Virus record (IMG/VR): IMGVR_UViG_3300025137_004926
Origin: a virus
Length of the DNA: 64,000 bases
Strand: one strand, 5' to 3'
Part shown: piece after piece, positions 28,055 through 39,195 of the stretch
Position numbering within the stretch: position 1 is the first letter of the stretch
Layout of the letters: every line of letters starts with the position of its first letter
Made by a program: the position numbers and the translations under genes
Notes under the pieces: model-generated
The model's input: the letters and a program-made list of their open reading frames with translations, nothing else
The model's database searches: none
Told to the model about the DNA's origin: nothing

Positions 28055-30844
28055 ATGAGTTATGTGGACGCTTATTACAACCGAGATAAAGACATTGTTC
28101 AAGTAATAGAACGTGTCGATGGAAAACGTGTCTATAATGATTTCCCTGCATGGCGTACATTTTATGTCAAAGATCCTAGAGGACAACATTCTAGTATTCA
28201 TGGCGACAAAGTACGTGAAATTAAGTGTAAGCGACTAAAAGATTTACACAAAGAACGAAGAATAAACTCAGGTAAATCTCTATACGAAAGTGATATCAAA
28301 CCAGAAGTAAGATGTCTAAGTGAGAACTACAACGGCGTAGATTCTCCTAAACTACATGTTGCATTCTTTGATATCGAGGTAGACTTTGATGCAGATAAGG
28401 GATTTGCTCCTCCAGAGGATCCCTTTATGCCTATCACTGCAATTACTGTATATCTACAGTGGTTAGATAAACTAGTCACGTTTGCTCTTCCTCCTAAACA
28501 TATGCAAGAGGGAGAAGGGCTAGAGGAAGCAGAACGTATCTGTAAACAATTTGATGATACATTTTTATATCTTGATGAAGTAGATATGTTAAATGACTTT
28601 ATTGCAGTGATTGATGATGCTGATGTTTTATCTGGTTGGAACTCAGAAGGTTTTGATATTCCATATACAGTTAGACGTATTACTCGTATGATGAGTAAAT
28701 CACATACACGTAAACTTTGTTTGTGGGACTTATTGCCTCATGAAAGAAAAGTAGTTAAGTATGGTAGGGATCAAATTACATATGACTTATCAGGTCGTAT
28801 TCACTTAGACTATCTTGAACTTTATCGTAAGTATACGTATCACGAAATGCATTCATATTCACTTAATGCTATTGGTGAGTACGAACTTGGTGATAAGAAA
28901 ATTGAGTATGAAGGTACACTAGACCAACTATACAACAGAGACTTCTATAAGTTTATTGAATACAATAGACAAGACGTTGCACTACTTGGTGAAATGGATA
29001 AGAAGCTACAGTTTATTGACTTAGCAAATGAAATTGCACATGATAACACAGTTAATATCAAAACAACTATGGGTGCTGTTGCAGTTACAGAACAAGCAAT
29101 TATTAACGAAGCACATCGTAGAAATATGGTTGTGCCTGATAGAAAAGCCAAAGATTGGGGAGAAGATGATATCGAACCAACTGATGCAGAATTAGAAGAA
29201 GCAGAAAAACAAAAAGCCGCAGGTGCATTTGTGGCAAATCCAAAGACTGGAATCCAACGTTGGGTATCAGGTATTGATATCAACTCACTTTATCCTTCAA
29301 TTATTCGTGCATTGAATATGTCTCCAGAAACTATTGTTGCACAACTTGAACCAACACTAACAGAGAAGATGATTGGTGATAGAATTGCACATGGTAGACG
29401 AAATGGTAGTAAGGGTTTCGGTGCGGCACAGGCGTGGGAAGATACATTTAGTGCAGAAGAATTTAGACTAGTCAATGAGAAAGATAAGACAGAAAAGATT
29501 AATCTTAGATTAGAGTCAGGCGAAGTAGCAGACATGACTGGTGCAGAGATACATAACTTGGTATTCAATAGCGACCTACAATGGGCTATTACTGCCAATG
29601 GTACTGTTCTTAAGCAAGATGTACAAGGTATTATTCCTAGTCTATTAGAACGTTGGTATGCTGAACGTAAAATATTACAAGCGAACAAGAAGAAAGCTAT
29701 CGAAGAAGGCGATAAAGAAAAGATTGCATTCTGGGATAAGAGACAACTTGTTAAAAAGATTAACTTGAATAGTTTATATGGTGCGATTCTAAATCCTGGT
29801 TGTCGCTTCTATGATAAACGTATAGGTCAGAGTACAACATTGTCCGGTCGTTGTATCACAAGACATATGGGTGCTAAGACTAATGAAGTAATCGCTGGTG
29901 ATTATGACTACAAAGGTGAGTCCATCATCTATGGTGATACAGATAGTATCTATTATTCTATGTATCCTGTTTATAAGGAAGACATTGACGCAGGCAAAAT
30001 TGAGTGGAGTAAAGAAAAAGTTATTGAACTATATGATGAGATTGCAAATCAAGTCAATTTAAGTTTTCCAGACTTTATGAAAGACTTCTTTAATTCTCCA
30101 CGTAAACAAGGTGAGATTATTGCCGCAGGTCGTGAGAACTGTGCAAGTATGGGTATCTTCATTAAGAAGAAACGCTATGCAATGCTTATCTTTGATGATG
30201 AAGGTGTAAGGAAAGACGTAGATGGCAAACCTGGTAAAGTAAAAGCTATGGGTCTTGACTTGAAACGTAGTGACACTCCAGACTATATGCAGAACTTTTT
30301 GAGTGATGTTCTTGTTAAAATTCTAACAGACTGTACAGAACAAGACGTTATCGATATGGTTAAAATATTCAAGAAAGAGTTTAGAGCGAAGCCTGGTTGG
30401 GAAAAAGGAACTCCTAAACGTGTTAACAATCTTACTATGTACAGAAAGAAAGTACAGAAGATTGCAAAAGCACATGGTAGAGAATTTAAACTAACAGGTG
30501 CCGAAGACAAAAGAGATAAAGTACATCTTCCGGGTCATGTTAGTGCGGCTTTAAATTGGAATACTCTACGTGAATTACATGGAGACAAATATTCTATTGA
30601 GATTACAGATGGTATGAAAACTATTGTATGTAAACTAAAACCTAATGCGTTAAAAATGACAAGTATAGGTTATCCAATCGATGAAAAACGAATTCCAGAA
30701 TGGTTTCAAGAACTTCCGTTTGACGATGAGTTAATGGAAGCAACAATCATTGATAAGAAACTAGATAATCTTATTGGTGTTCTTAAGTGGGACTTAAGTG
30801 ATGCTGATGCATCTGAACAATTTACAAATTTATTTGATTTTTAA
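28055..30844 (+). CDS. family B DNA polymerase (gp43-like)
   Basis: FFDIEV exonuclease motif, DINSLYPS, KINLNSLYG, YGDTDS, KKRY. Confidence 0.97.
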   Translation: MSYVDAYYNRDKDIVQVIERVDGKRVYNDFPAWRTFYVKDPRGQHSSIHGDKVREIKCKRLKDLHKERRINSGKSLYESDIKPEVRCLSENYNGVDSPKLHVAFFDIEVDFDADKGFAPPEDPFMPITAITVYLQWLDKLVTFALPPKHMQEGEGLEEAERICKQFDDTFLYLDEVDMLNDFIAVIDDADVLSGWNSEGFDIPYTVRRITRMMSKSHTRKLCLWDLLPHERKVVKYGRDQITYDLSGRIHLDYLELYRKYTYHEMHSYSLNAIGEYELGDKKIEYEGTLDQLYNRDFYKFIEYNRQDVALLGEMDKKLQFIDLANEIAHDNTVNIKTTMGAVAVTEQAIINEAHRRNMVVPDRKAKDWGEDDIEPTDAELEEAEKQKAAGAFVANPKTGIQRWVSGIDINSLYPSIIRALNMSPETIVAQLEPTLTEKMIGDRIAHGRRNGSKGFGAAQAWEDTFSAEEFRLVNEKDKTEKINLRLESGEVADMTGAEIHNLVFNSDLQWAITANGTVLKQDVQGIIPSLLERWYAERKILQANKKKAIEEGDKEKIAFWDKRQLVKKINLNSLYGAILNPGCRFYDKRIGQSTTLSGRCITRHMGAKTNEVIAGDYDYKGESIIYGDTDSIYYSMYPVYKEDIDAGKIEWSKEKVIELYDEIANQVNLSFPDFMKDFFNSPRKQGEIIAAGRENCASMGIFIKKKRYAMLIFDDEGVRKDVDGKPGKVKAMGLDLKRSDTPDYMQNFLSDVLVKILTDCTEQDVIDMVKIFKKEFRAKPGWEKGTPKRVNNLTMYRKKVQKIAKAHGREFKLTGAEDKRDKVHLPGHVSAALNWNTLRELHGDKYSIEITDGMKTIVCKLKPNALKMTSIGYPIDEKRIPEWFQELPFDDELMEATIIDKKLDNLIGVLKWDLSDADASEQFTNLFDF

Positions 30845-31411
30845 ATGTATACTGATACAATAAATTCTGTAGAGTTTAAGATTATTGGTAATAATTTGAA
30901 AGAGTTTTTACAAGGACTGATTACTAATAATATAAACAATATAGATAATGGACCAGTAGAAACATTTATACTTACTCCTCAAGGTAAGATAAAACATCAA
31001 GTAACAATAACAGATAAAGGCGACAGCTTTAATATATTATGCACTAATGACCAAGGAGATTTGTTTAAGTTTTTAAATATGTATGCAATGCTTAAAAGAA
31101 TAGTTGTAGAAAAAGTAGATGTACAAAATGTATATGATAAGAAATACTTCTTAAAACTTTTAGAAAAGGGCAAACTAGATACTAATTTCTTAACACAGCC
31201 TTCTTTATATCCTGCTGAGGTAGATGATAGTTTAGTTGATTATAATAAAGGTTGTTACATAGGTCAAGAGGTTGTTGCAAGAATGCATTATAAACAGAAG
31301 AATAAGAAACAAATACTAATAAGAAACAAATTAGACATAATGTATTCAACTGCAAAAGTATTACTAGAGATAGAAAATTGGATTATTGTTAAGGTACCAG
31401 TAAATGTGTAA
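30845..31411 (+). CDS. ygfZ: compact YgfZ/GcvT-like folate-binding Fe-S maturation protein
   Basis: FLQGLITNNI, LTPQGK, KGCYIGQEVVARM signature. Confidence 0.8.
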   Translation: MYTDTINSVEFKIIGNNLKEFLQGLITNNINNIDNGPVETFILTPQGKIKHQVTITDKGDSFNILCTNDQGDLFKFLNMYAMLKRIVVEKVDVQNVYDKKYFLKLLEKGKLDTNFLTQPSLYPAEVDDSLVDYNKGCYIGQEVVARMHYKQKNKKQILIRNKLDIMYSTAKVLLEIENWIIVKVPVNV

Positions 31412-32186
31412 AGTAGGAATAGTAGGGTCTAGCTATAGTGTAGGTATGCATCATAACAAAGAGACTGGTGAAAATAATTTAGCATTACCATTTGAGACAT
31501 GGTTAGAGAAACATACAACAAACATGAGGTTTTTTAACTCAGCATGTTCTAGTAAAGGTACTGAACTTTACCTAAATAAGATTGTGTACTTAAAAGAAAA
31601 GCATAATATTGATGTTTTATTAATGGAGTTAGTAAACAATAGGTCAGAGTTAAACTTTAAATGTCTTGCAGAACCTTATCTAAAGATAAAGCATGTAACT
31701 GATATGTCTATTATAGAAGATGATGTATACAAAAATTCTGCATCCATATATGAATTCATGAGAGCATTAACCCAAGACATGGAAGAAGAATGGTTTGCGA
31801 AAACTAGAAAGACTTTTCAACATTGGAAAGAAACACAAGAACAAATGGCGGCAAATCATATGTCACCAGAGTTTTGGGGCATGTTAGATGTATATCAAGC
31901 AATTAAGCTATGTAAACTATTAGATATAAAAGTTGTAGCATGGCAGAAGTCATGGGACTTCTACAACTATCCTGGATTTAAATCAATGCTACAGAAATCA
32001 ATATATGTAGACTTTGATGGCACAAATGCACATGAATATTATATAAAGAAATATCCTGATAAAAATATCACATGTGATGAAACACATTTTAATGATGAAA
32101 CAAATGAAGAAATGATTAAAGATTTCATTGCACCCAAATTAGAACAAGCAAAACACTTGCTGAATATTAGTAGGATGTCAAAGTAA
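31404..32186 (+). CDS. SGNH-hydrolase-like hypothetical protein
   Basis: VGIVGSSYS near the N-terminus and CDETH near the C-terminus. Confidence 0.45.
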   Translation: MCKVGIVGSSYSVGMHHNKETGENNLALPFETWLEKHTTNMRFFNSACSSKGTELYLNKIVYLKEKHNIDVLLMELVNNRSELNFKCLAEPYLKIKHVTDMSIIEDDVYKNSASIYEFMRALTQDMEEEWFAKTRKTFQHWKETQEQMAANHMSPEFWGMLDVYQAIKLCKLLDIKVVAWQKSWDFYNYPGFKSMLQKSIYVDFDGTNAHEYYIKKYPDKNITCDETHFNDETNEEMIKDFIAPKLEQAKHLLNISRMSK

Positions 32187-32737
32187 TGACAAATACATAT
32201 ACTAAACTAATAAATCGTAGAGCAACCAATGAGGCTTCTGACGAATGTTATACGCCAGAGGACCAAGTTATACCTCTACTAAAATACTTAGATAAGGATA
32301 AAACATACTATGAAGCAACTAGCGGAAAAAGTTCAAGCATTCTTTCAGGATTTACCAAACACGGCTATAATATGGTTGGGTCTGATACTAGGGATTTTTT
32401 TGATTGTGAACAGTCTGATATCTTTGATGGTGTTATAACTAATCCGCCATATAGCAAGAAAGACCAATTCTTAGAACATTGCTATGCATTAGATAAACCC
32501 TTTGCTTTATTACTTCCTGTTACAAGTTTTCAGGGAGCAAGACGAGGAAAGATGTTTATGGACAAGGGAATGTCTGCACTTGTGTATAACTATAGGATAG
32601 ATTTTACTGGAAAAGGTGCACCTACTTTTGGAAATGCTTGGTTTATATGGGGTTTTATGCCGCCAAATCAAATACATTGGGTAGATAATCCAGTAGCAGG
32701 AAAAACTAAAAAGGGTATTGACATTGATAGCAAATAG
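32186..32737 (+). CDS. small amino-DNA methyltransferase-like protein (NPPY)
   Basis: SDECYTP, VITNPPYS, FALLLP. Confidence 0.65.
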   Translation: MTNTYTKLINRRATNEASDECYTPEDQVIPLLKYLDKDKTYYEATSGKSSSILSGFTKHGYNMVGSDTRDFFDCEQSDIFDGVITNPPYSKKDQFLEHCYALDKPFALLLPVTSFQGARRGKMFMDKGMSALVYNYRIDFTGKGAPTFGNAWFIWGFMPPNQIHWVDNPVAGKTKKGIDIDSK

Positions 32738-32778
32738 TGTTAATATAGTATTAATAAACCATAAGGAGAACAAATAAC

Positions 32779-33534
32779 ATGCAAGATATTTTAAAAGATA
32801 TTGTTAAGCATACTCATTCGTTAGGTATCATTCAAGCGGCTAAAGTCACTACAGATGATGAAGGAACAACGATTGATGCTATGGATGACGATAGAACTGT
32901 GGTATTAAGGGGTAAATTACATACACCAGTCAATGAGTTTAAAGGTAAGTTTGGTCTTGGTAGACTAGGCGTACTCAGTGGTTATCTTAACTATGAGGGA
33001 GAAGATAGAGAAGGTAAAACTGTAAAAGCTGGAGTAGAAGTAGGACATGAAGAACGTAATGGTGAAATGGTTCCTACTCAATTATCATTTTCAATTCCAG
33101 GTGCAATGCAATCAACTTATCGTGTAATCGTAAGTGAACTAGTAGATGCACAAATCAAAACTGCAAACTTCAAAGGTGCCAAATGGGACGTTGAAGTTAT
33201 GCCAACACAAAAAGCAATCAAGGACTTACAATACTTCGCAGGTATTCTAGGAGCATTTGATCCACTCTTTACTGTTAAGACAGTAGACGGCGTACTGAAA
33301 TTTTTTATCGGTGACCGTTCAACTGATAGAGTAGAACTTCCATTCGCACAGAATGTAAACGGTGAACTAAACACTGGTTGGAGTTTCCCTCTATCAACTG
33401 TATTAACAATCTTGAAACTTGGTGATACTAGCACAATGAGTGTTAAGATTTCAGACCAAGGTGCAATGATGATACAAGTAGATAGTGGTATTGGACTCTA
33501 CGAATACATCTTACCAGCTAAATCAGGTAACTAG
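32779..33534 (+). CDS. DNA sliding clamp (gp45/PCNA-like)
   Basis: ~250 aa two-domain pattern, ends GLYEYILPA; near the polymerase; TTGACA promoter at ~32719. Confidence 0.65.
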   Translation: MQDILKDIVKHTHSLGIIQAAKVTTDDEGTTIDAMDDDRTVVLRGKLHTPVNEFKGKFGLGRLGVLSGYLNYEGEDREGKTVKAGVEVGHEERNGEMVPTQLSFSIPGAMQSTYRVIVSELVDAQIKTANFKGAKWDVEVMPTQKAIKDLQYFAGILGAFDPLFTVKTVDGVLKFFIGDRSTDRVELPFAQNVNGELNTGWSFPLSTVLTILKLGDTSTMSVKISDQGAMMIQVDSGIGLYEYILPAKSGN

Positions 33535-33537
33535 CAA

Positions 33538-35079
33538 GTGATTGACTTAGGTAAAAACAATCTAAGTTCCGGTTATGCAATTTTCTTGCCGGCTATTTCA
33601 AATTTCTATGTTCGTAAAATCTCTCAACATTATGCGGACAAGACAGATATGTTCCCACCAGAACGTATTCCAAAAGGATTTGAACACGGCTTAGACGGAT
33701 TGAATATTCTGGATAAGGACAAGGGCTATGTGCATTATTCACATGGTCTATATTCCGCAGGTCACGCCAATCTCGATTTAGAAGGTTCTAAAATCGATGA
33801 TGGAATGGTTGTCAATCGTAACAGAGAAAACACAGTACTAGTAGGTGATTCAGGAGGCTATCAGATTGGTAGTGGTGCTTGGAAACTTGACTGGTCTCAG
33901 TTTGAAAATGGTGCAGATTGGCAAAAGACAAGGTGTGGTATTATGACATGGTTAGAAGAATACTGTGATTATAGTATGACACTTGATATTCCCATGTGGG
34001 GATATCTTCCACAGTATCGTGACAAGACAGGTTTAAAATCGGCTGATGAGTGTTTAGAAAAAACAATATTTAATCATAAATTCTTTATCAATAACCGTAT
34101 TCCTGGCAAAACTAAGTTTCTCAATACACTACATGGTGCTAATTGGGATACTAGTGAGAAATGGTATCAAGCAGTCAAACAATTCAATGACCCTAAAGTC
34201 TATGGCAATAGAGCATTTGAAGGTTGGGCTATGGCTGGTGACCATGCCGGTGATGCAGAACTTCTGCTAAGGCGATTAATCACAATGCGTGATGATGGCA
34301 TGTTAGCAGGTGACGATGTTTGGATACACGTTCTAGGCATTAGTGTTCTCCCATGGGGTTGTTTCTTAACAGCCATACAAAGACAACTAAGAGAACATGT
34401 TAATCCAAATATCACAATATCTTTCGATGCGGCCTCTCCCTATATAACTGCATCTAAAGGATTAGCATACGATTATCCTGACTTGAATGCAAATGCTTGG
34501 TCTTATAAAACTAAAAAGTTGAACTGGAGACAAGATATTTCTAATCCGGATCAACCTTGGATGTATGAAGGTGCTATTGGTTCACGACTTAATATGCGTG
34601 ATATCAACTACATGCAACCAGGTATGTTGAATAGGAACAAGAAAGAAGCAAAATCAAGTTGGGATAGTCTATCCTATATATTAATCCAAGCACACAACAC
34701 GGAGTATCATATTCGAGGAATGCAAGATGCATTACGTAGATTCGACCACGAATATGAAATGTTGCATGACAAGATTGATATTCATAACATGAATTTAAGC
34801 AAAACAAATGTGCTTAGTGATGTTGTGCCTGATACAGTATTGTACTTTGCAAAGTTTGTAGAAGAACTTTTTGTATCAGATAGACCAATGGACATGTTAA
34901 GTGACTTTAAAGCATTTTTACGTAAATGTGAAGGATCACGTGTTCAAAACATTTCGACAACTCCAGACTTTATGGAGTTTGAAGAAGCAAACGTAAAAAC
35001 TGAGGAGTTTGTAGATGCAGTAAAAGGTAAACGTAAAGAATACGAAACACCTGATACTGTAGCAGACTTATTCGGTTAG
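33538..35079 (+). CDS. TGT/DpdA-like guanine transglycosylase
   Basis: GDSGGYQ, SMTLDIP, IHVLG, SFDAAS, AHN motifs; clustered with queD/folE/queE. Confidence 0.75.
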   Translation: MIDLGKNNLSSGYAIFLPAISNFYVRKISQHYADKTDMFPPERIPKGFEHGLDGLNILDKDKGYVHYSHGLYSAGHANLDLEGSKIDDGMVVNRNRENTVLVGDSGGYQIGSGAWKLDWSQFENGADWQKTRCGIMTWLEEYCDYSMTLDIPMWGYLPQYRDKTGLKSADECLEKTIFNHKFFINNRIPGKTKFLNTLHGANWDTSEKWYQAVKQFNDPKVYGNRAFEGWAMAGDHAGDAELLLRRLITMRDDGMLAGDDVWIHVLGISVLPWGCFLTAIQRQLREHVNPNITISFDAASPYITASKGLAYDYPDLNANAWSYKTKKLNWRQDISNPDQPWMYEGAIGSRLNMRDINYMQPGMLNRNKKEAKSSWDSLSYILIQAHNTEYHIRGMQDALRRFDHEYEMLHDKIDIHNMNLSKTNVLSDVVPDTVLYFAKFVEELFVSDRPMDMLSDFKAFLRKCEGSRVQNISTTPDFMEFEEANVKTEEFVDAVKGKRKEYETPDTVADLFG

Positions 35080-35099
35080 CGAATAAAGGAGGAAATAAT

Positions 35100-36392
35100 A
35101 TGTTAGAAAAACTTTTTGGATTATCTAAGAAGAAAACGACGGTTAAAACGGAAGTTATGGCCGGACTTGCGACATTCCTTACTATGGCATATATCACAGT
35201 AGTAAACCCTGCGATATTGTCAACTGAAGGTACTGGAATGGAGTTTGGTGCTGTTTTTACTGCCACAATTATTGCGGCAGTGATTGGTACACTAATCATG
35301 GGACTGTGGGCTAATTGGCCCGTAGCACTTGCACCTGGAATGGGACTAAATGCCTTCTTTGCATTTGGTGTTATTTTTGGTATGGGATATACTTATCAAC
35401 AAGCACTGGCGGCTGTATTTATTGCAGGTATAGTGTTTCTTGGATTAAGTTTGACACCAGCAAGAAAGTACATTATCAATAGTATACCGAAAGGTATGAA
35501 ACTAGGTATAGGAGCAGGTATAGGTCTGTTCTTAGCTATTATCGGTTTGAAGAATGCAGGTGTTGTGGTTGATAATCCAGCTACATTGGTAGGACTAGGA
35601 GATATTTCTAGTTGGCCAGTATTACTTGCAGGTCTAGGTTTTGCTTTAATGGCAGTCTTAGATAAACGAGGTATTCCAGGTTCAATTATTATTGGTATTT
35701 TATCAGTAAGTGTAATTGCTTGGATAACAGGTATTAGTGATTTAAATGGTGTTGTGGGGTCGATTCCGAGTCCAGTACATGCATTTACATTGGACTTTAG
35801 TTTGATTGCGACTGCCGGATTTATTGGTGTTGCTTTTGCGTTCTTATTTGTAGACTTTTTTGATACGGCAGGTACACTTACAAGTGTTGCCAACCTTACA
35901 GGGAAAGTGAATAAGAAGGGAGAAGTAGAAGGCATTGATAGAGCCTTAATGGCGGACTCAACTGCAACTACAGTCGGTGCGTTAATGGGTACTTCTAATA
36001 CTACATCATACATTGAGTCTGGTGCAGGTATTAAAGAAGGAGGCAAATCAGGATTAACTGCGGTTACCGTAGCAATCTTATTTGCAGTGTGTTTGGTCTT
36101 AGCACCATTGGCACAAAGCATTCCAGCATTTGCAACGGCTCCAGCATTAGTCTTTATTGCTACGTATTTCTTACGTAATCTTAAAGATATTGATTGGGAC
36201 GATGTAAGTGAATATGCACCAGCGGTATTGGCGGCAATTATTATGCCACTAACATTTAATATCGCTTATGGTATTGCTTTAGGTTTTATTGCTCATGTAG
36301 TAATTAAAGCGGCAAGTGGTAGACATTCAGAACTTAATGCAGGTTCTTTAGCTATTGCGGCAGTATCAGTACTATATTTTGTAGTACAATAG
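35100..36392 (+). CDS. NCS2/AzgA-family purine permease
   Basis: EVMAGLATFLTMAYI, APGMGLNAFF, DFFDTAGTL, YIESGAG. Confidence 0.92.
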   Translation: MLEKLFGLSKKKTTVKTEVMAGLATFLTMAYITVVNPAILSTEGTGMEFGAVFTATIIAAVIGTLIMGLWANWPVALAPGMGLNAFFAFGVIFGMGYTYQQALAAVFIAGIVFLGLSLTPARKYIINSIPKGMKLGIGAGIGLFLAIIGLKNAGVVVDNPATLVGLGDISSWPVLLAGLGFALMAVLDKRGIPGSIIIGILSVSVIAWITGISDLNGVVGSIPSPVHAFTLDFSLIATAGFIGVAFAFLFVDFFDTAGTLTSVANLTGKVNKKGEVEGIDRALMADSTATTVGALMGTSNTTSYIESGAGIKEGGKSGLTAVTVAILFAVCLVLAPLAQSIPAFATAPALVFIATYFLRNLKDIDWDDVSEYAPAVLAAIIMPLTFNIAYGIALGFIAHVVIKAASGRHSELNAGSLAIAAVSVLYFVVQ

Positions 36393-36403
36393 ATAAGTAA
36401 GTT

Positions 36404-36426
36404 TTGTAGGGGCTTGTCCCCTACAA
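36404..36426 (+). terminator. hairpin terminator
   Basis: TTGTAGGGG-CTTGT-CCCCTACAA. Confidence 0.65.
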
Positions 36427-36453
36427 TACATTTTTAACTGAAAGGAGGACAAA

Positions 36454-36657
36454 ATGGCATCAGGACAAAGAGCATTCGCTAAAAAGAAAGCACACAGACT
36501 TGAAAAACTCAGAGCGGTCCATAGGGCACTTGACAAACAAATCAAAACAGATTATAATAAGTATCAAGACGTTCAAGGCAAGAAGGTTGAAAAAATGAAA
36601 TTAAAAGAAGAAATTGTATCCCTAGAAAATCAAATAGGGGAACAACCAAATGGGTAG
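36454..36657 (+). CDS. DUF465/YdcH-like coiled-coil protein
   Basis: HRALDKQI...KMKLKEEI pattern; AGGAGG SD. Confidence 0.55.
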   Translation: MASGQRAFAKKKAHRLEKLRAVHRALDKQIKTDYNKYQDVQGKKVEKMKLKEEIVSLENQIGEQPNG

Positions 36658-37102
36658 TTATTATAACTACATGCTAGACGAAAGTAGAAAGGCAAATATG
36701 GCAGACGATATTAAAAAACAAAAACAAAATGCAACAAGATGGATTTGGGTTACATTTCAAAAAGAAGGTATTCACAAATATCCAGCGGCACTTGATGACC
36801 CTGCGTTAGCAACTGGCGATGAGTACGATGTTAGTTTTCTAGGTTATCCTCACAGACATATCTTTCATTTTCGTGTGGCGATTACAGTGACACATAACGA
36901 CAGAGACATAGAGTTTATACAATTTAAACGTTGGCTAGAGAAACTTTATGCAGAACAAACACTCGTATTAGATTATAAGTCATGTGAAATGATGAGTGAT
37001 GATTTGTTTGATAAGATTTCAGAGAAATTTCCAGGTCGTAGTGTTAAGATTGAAGTATCCGAAGATGGCGAGAATGGGGCTTTGATTGAATATGGAACTT
37101 GA
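36650..37102 (+). CDS. queD: QueD-like 6-carboxytetrahydropterin synthase (T-fold)
   Basis: GIH, HRHIFH, SCEM, VSEDGENGA; genomic context. Confidence 0.65.
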   Translation: MGSYYNYMLDESRKANMADDIKKQKQNATRWIWVTFQKEGIHKYPAALDDPALATGDEYDVSFLGYPHRHIFHFRVAITVTHNDRDIEFIQFKRWLEKLYAEQTLVLDYKSCEMMSDDLFDKISEKFPGRSVKIEVSEDGENGALIEYGT

Positions 37103-37652
37103 TTATAAAAATTCTCTAGCAGAAGATATACAAGGAATGATTCGGGTAGTACCGGATCATCCTAAACCTGGCATCATGTATCAAGACATGGCAAGTGTAT
37201 TTAATCACCAAGATGGATTATCTAAATGCATGACACTTATAAAAGATTGGATGTATGCTACTCAAGTAGCTTATAATTACACTCGAATCGTAGGATTAGA
37301 AGCACGTGGGTTTCCTTTAGCAGGATACTTAAGTGCAGATATGAATAGACCATTTGCTATGGCTAGAAAAAAAGGCAAGTTACCAGGACCAACAATTTTT
37401 ACAGAATACGAACTTGAATACGGTACGGACGAACTACACCTACAATCTGATTCAGTGTTAGAAGGCGACCGTGTTTTAGTACTTGATGATGTTATTGCAA
37501 CCGGTGGAACACTGGAAGCAGTAACGTCATTGATTACTCGTATGGGTGCAGAAACAATAGGGATAGCAAGTATAATGGACTTGACTTTCTTAGGTGGTTC
37601 TGATAAACTAAAATCTAAGGGATACAATGTTTATAGTATCTTAAAGGAGTAG
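37092..37652 (+). CDS. apt: adenine phosphoribosyltransferase-like
   Basis: PDHPKPGIMYQD, GLEARGF, RKKGKLP, YELEYG, VLDDVIATGGT. Confidence 0.9.
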   Translation: MELDYKNSLAEDIQGMIRVVPDHPKPGIMYQDMASVFNHQDGLSKCMTLIKDWMYATQVAYNYTRIVGLEARGFPLAGYLSADMNRPFAMARKKGKLPGPTIFTEYELEYGTDELHLQSDSVLEGDRVLVLDDVIATGGTLEAVTSLITRMGAETIGIASIMDLTFLGGSDKLKSKGYNVYSILKE

Positions 37653-37653
37653 T

Positions 37654-38085
37654 ATGTTAATTAATATTTTATGGGCTTCAATGACTGGTAATGCAGAAGA
37701 CGTTGCAGATAATTTTGAAGTGATTGCTAAGAAAAGAAATCATGAGGTCAACTTAGTTGAACTCAACGATGTAACTGCTGATAAACTACAAGAAATGAAA
37801 CTTGCAGTTGTGGTTACATCAACTACAGGTGATGGTGATTTGCCTCATAATGGTGACGAGTTTTGGGATTGGTTAGAGAATTCAACTAGTCAATTTAAAA
37901 ATCTTGCATATTCTGTTTGTGCATTAGGTGATAGTTCACATCAGACTTTTTGTGGAGCAGGTAATAAAATAAACAGTAAACTAGATGAACTAGGTGCAAC
38001 ACGTATTAAAAATATTATAGAATGTGATTGTGGCACTGAAGGTTCAGAAGAATGGTTTAAAGAACTACTAAAGGAAATTGAATGA
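37654..38085 (+). CDS. flavodoxin
   Basis: SMTGNAE, STTGDGD, LGDSS..FCGAG. Confidence 0.9.
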   Translation: MLINILWASMTGNAEDVADNFEVIAKKRNHEVNLVELNDVTADKLQEMKLAVVVTSTTGDGDLPHNGDEFWDWLENSTSQFKNLAYSVCALGDSSHQTFCGAGNKINSKLDELGATRIKNIIECDCGTEGSEEWFKELLKEIE

Positions 38086-39152
38086 TATATCTTGTAGATT
38101 TGGAAAGTGTTGAATCCCGCTACACTAAGCAATGGAAGACACATTTCCCAAAAGTTCTTGGAAGCAACGGTTTGAATGTGACGGTGATAGACGGCCCTAG
38201 GGCAGGCATTCCCGAAGCCACTACACCCGGTGCTTTTTTGAATTTTGGTGGTACTAACATCTACAAGGCGGCACAGATAACAAAGATATCCCAACTGTTT
38301 TGCGAAGGCAAGATTAAAGATGGTGATTACTTTTTGTATACTGATGCTTGGAACCCCACAGTAATACAGTTAAAATATATGGCTGAACTACTTGGGGTGA
38401 AAATCCGTATTGGGGGTATGTGGCATGCAGGTTCGTATGACCCTCAAGACTTTCTAGGAAGATTGATAGGGAACCAACCATGGGTCCGAAATGCTGAAAT
38501 GTCAATGTATGAATGTTTTGATGATAACTATTTTGCAACAAAATTCCATATTGACCTTTTTACCCAGACATTTTTTGAGGACGATAGGGATATCGACCGG
38601 CAACTACTTCACTCAATACGACAAGTTGGTTGGCCTATGGAATATATAGAAAGCGATTTAGCAGACTATAAAGGTATGGCAAAAGAGGATATGATATTAT
38701 TTCCTCACAGGTTAGCGCCTGAAAAGCAACCAGAAGTTTTTGACTATCTAGCAGAGCAAATGCCTGAGTATAATTGGGTAAAATGTCAAGAACTTAATCT
38801 ATCTAAGGAAGAATACCACACTATGCTTGGTAAAGCAAAAATGGTGTTTAGTGCCAACTTACAAGAGACTTTAGGTATATCTGTATTTGAAGGACTTGTA
38901 GTTGGTGCTATTCCACTAGTGCCAGACAGACTATCGTACACAGAAATGTGGTCAGATACATTTAAATACCCTAGTGAATGGACAACTAGTTTAGATGCAG
39001 TTAAAGAGAACATAGAACAGATTAAGACACATATACATATATTAATGAATAAGAACTCAGATATGAGCGAATCTATGAATAAAGAGATTGAAAGTGTACG
39101 TAGCTTTTACTCAGTAGACAATTTAGTTAAGGAATTGCATAAATACAGTTGA
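38082..39152 (+). CDS. GT-B (GT4-like) glycosyltransferase
   Basis: FPHRLAPEKQ, QETLGISVFEG (EX7E), AIPLVPDRLSY. Confidence 0.8.
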   Translation: MIYLVDLESVESRYTKQWKTHFPKVLGSNGLNVTVIDGPRAGIPEATTPGAFLNFGGTNIYKAAQITKISQLFCEGKIKDGDYFLYTDAWNPTVIQLKYMAELLGVKIRIGGMWHAGSYDPQDFLGRLIGNQPWVRNAEMSMYECFDDNYFATKFHIDLFTQTFFEDDRDIDRQLLHSIRQVGWPMEYIESDLADYKGMAKEDMILFPHRLAPEKQPEVFDYLAEQMPEYNWVKCQELNLSKEEYHTMLGKAKMVFSANLQETLGISVFEGLVVGAIPLVPDRLSYTEMWSDTFKYPSEWTTSLDAVKENIEQIKTHIHILMNKNSDMSESMNKEIESVRSFYSVDNLVKELHKYS

Positions 39153-39195
39153 TAGTGGGTCTCCCACTCGCTATCACTTTATGGGAGAATAAATC

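Noticed and set aside
28055-30844. Intein or intron in the DNA polymerase (also considered for thyA)
   Set aside because: The ORFs are continuous, of ordinary length, and show no intein splice motifs or embedded endonuclease
35396-36121. 241-aa antisense ORF, and similar ones such as 14121-14507, 27092-27505 and 29290-29688
   Set aside because: Shadow ORFs opposite well-supported genes, with no SD or recognisable motifs
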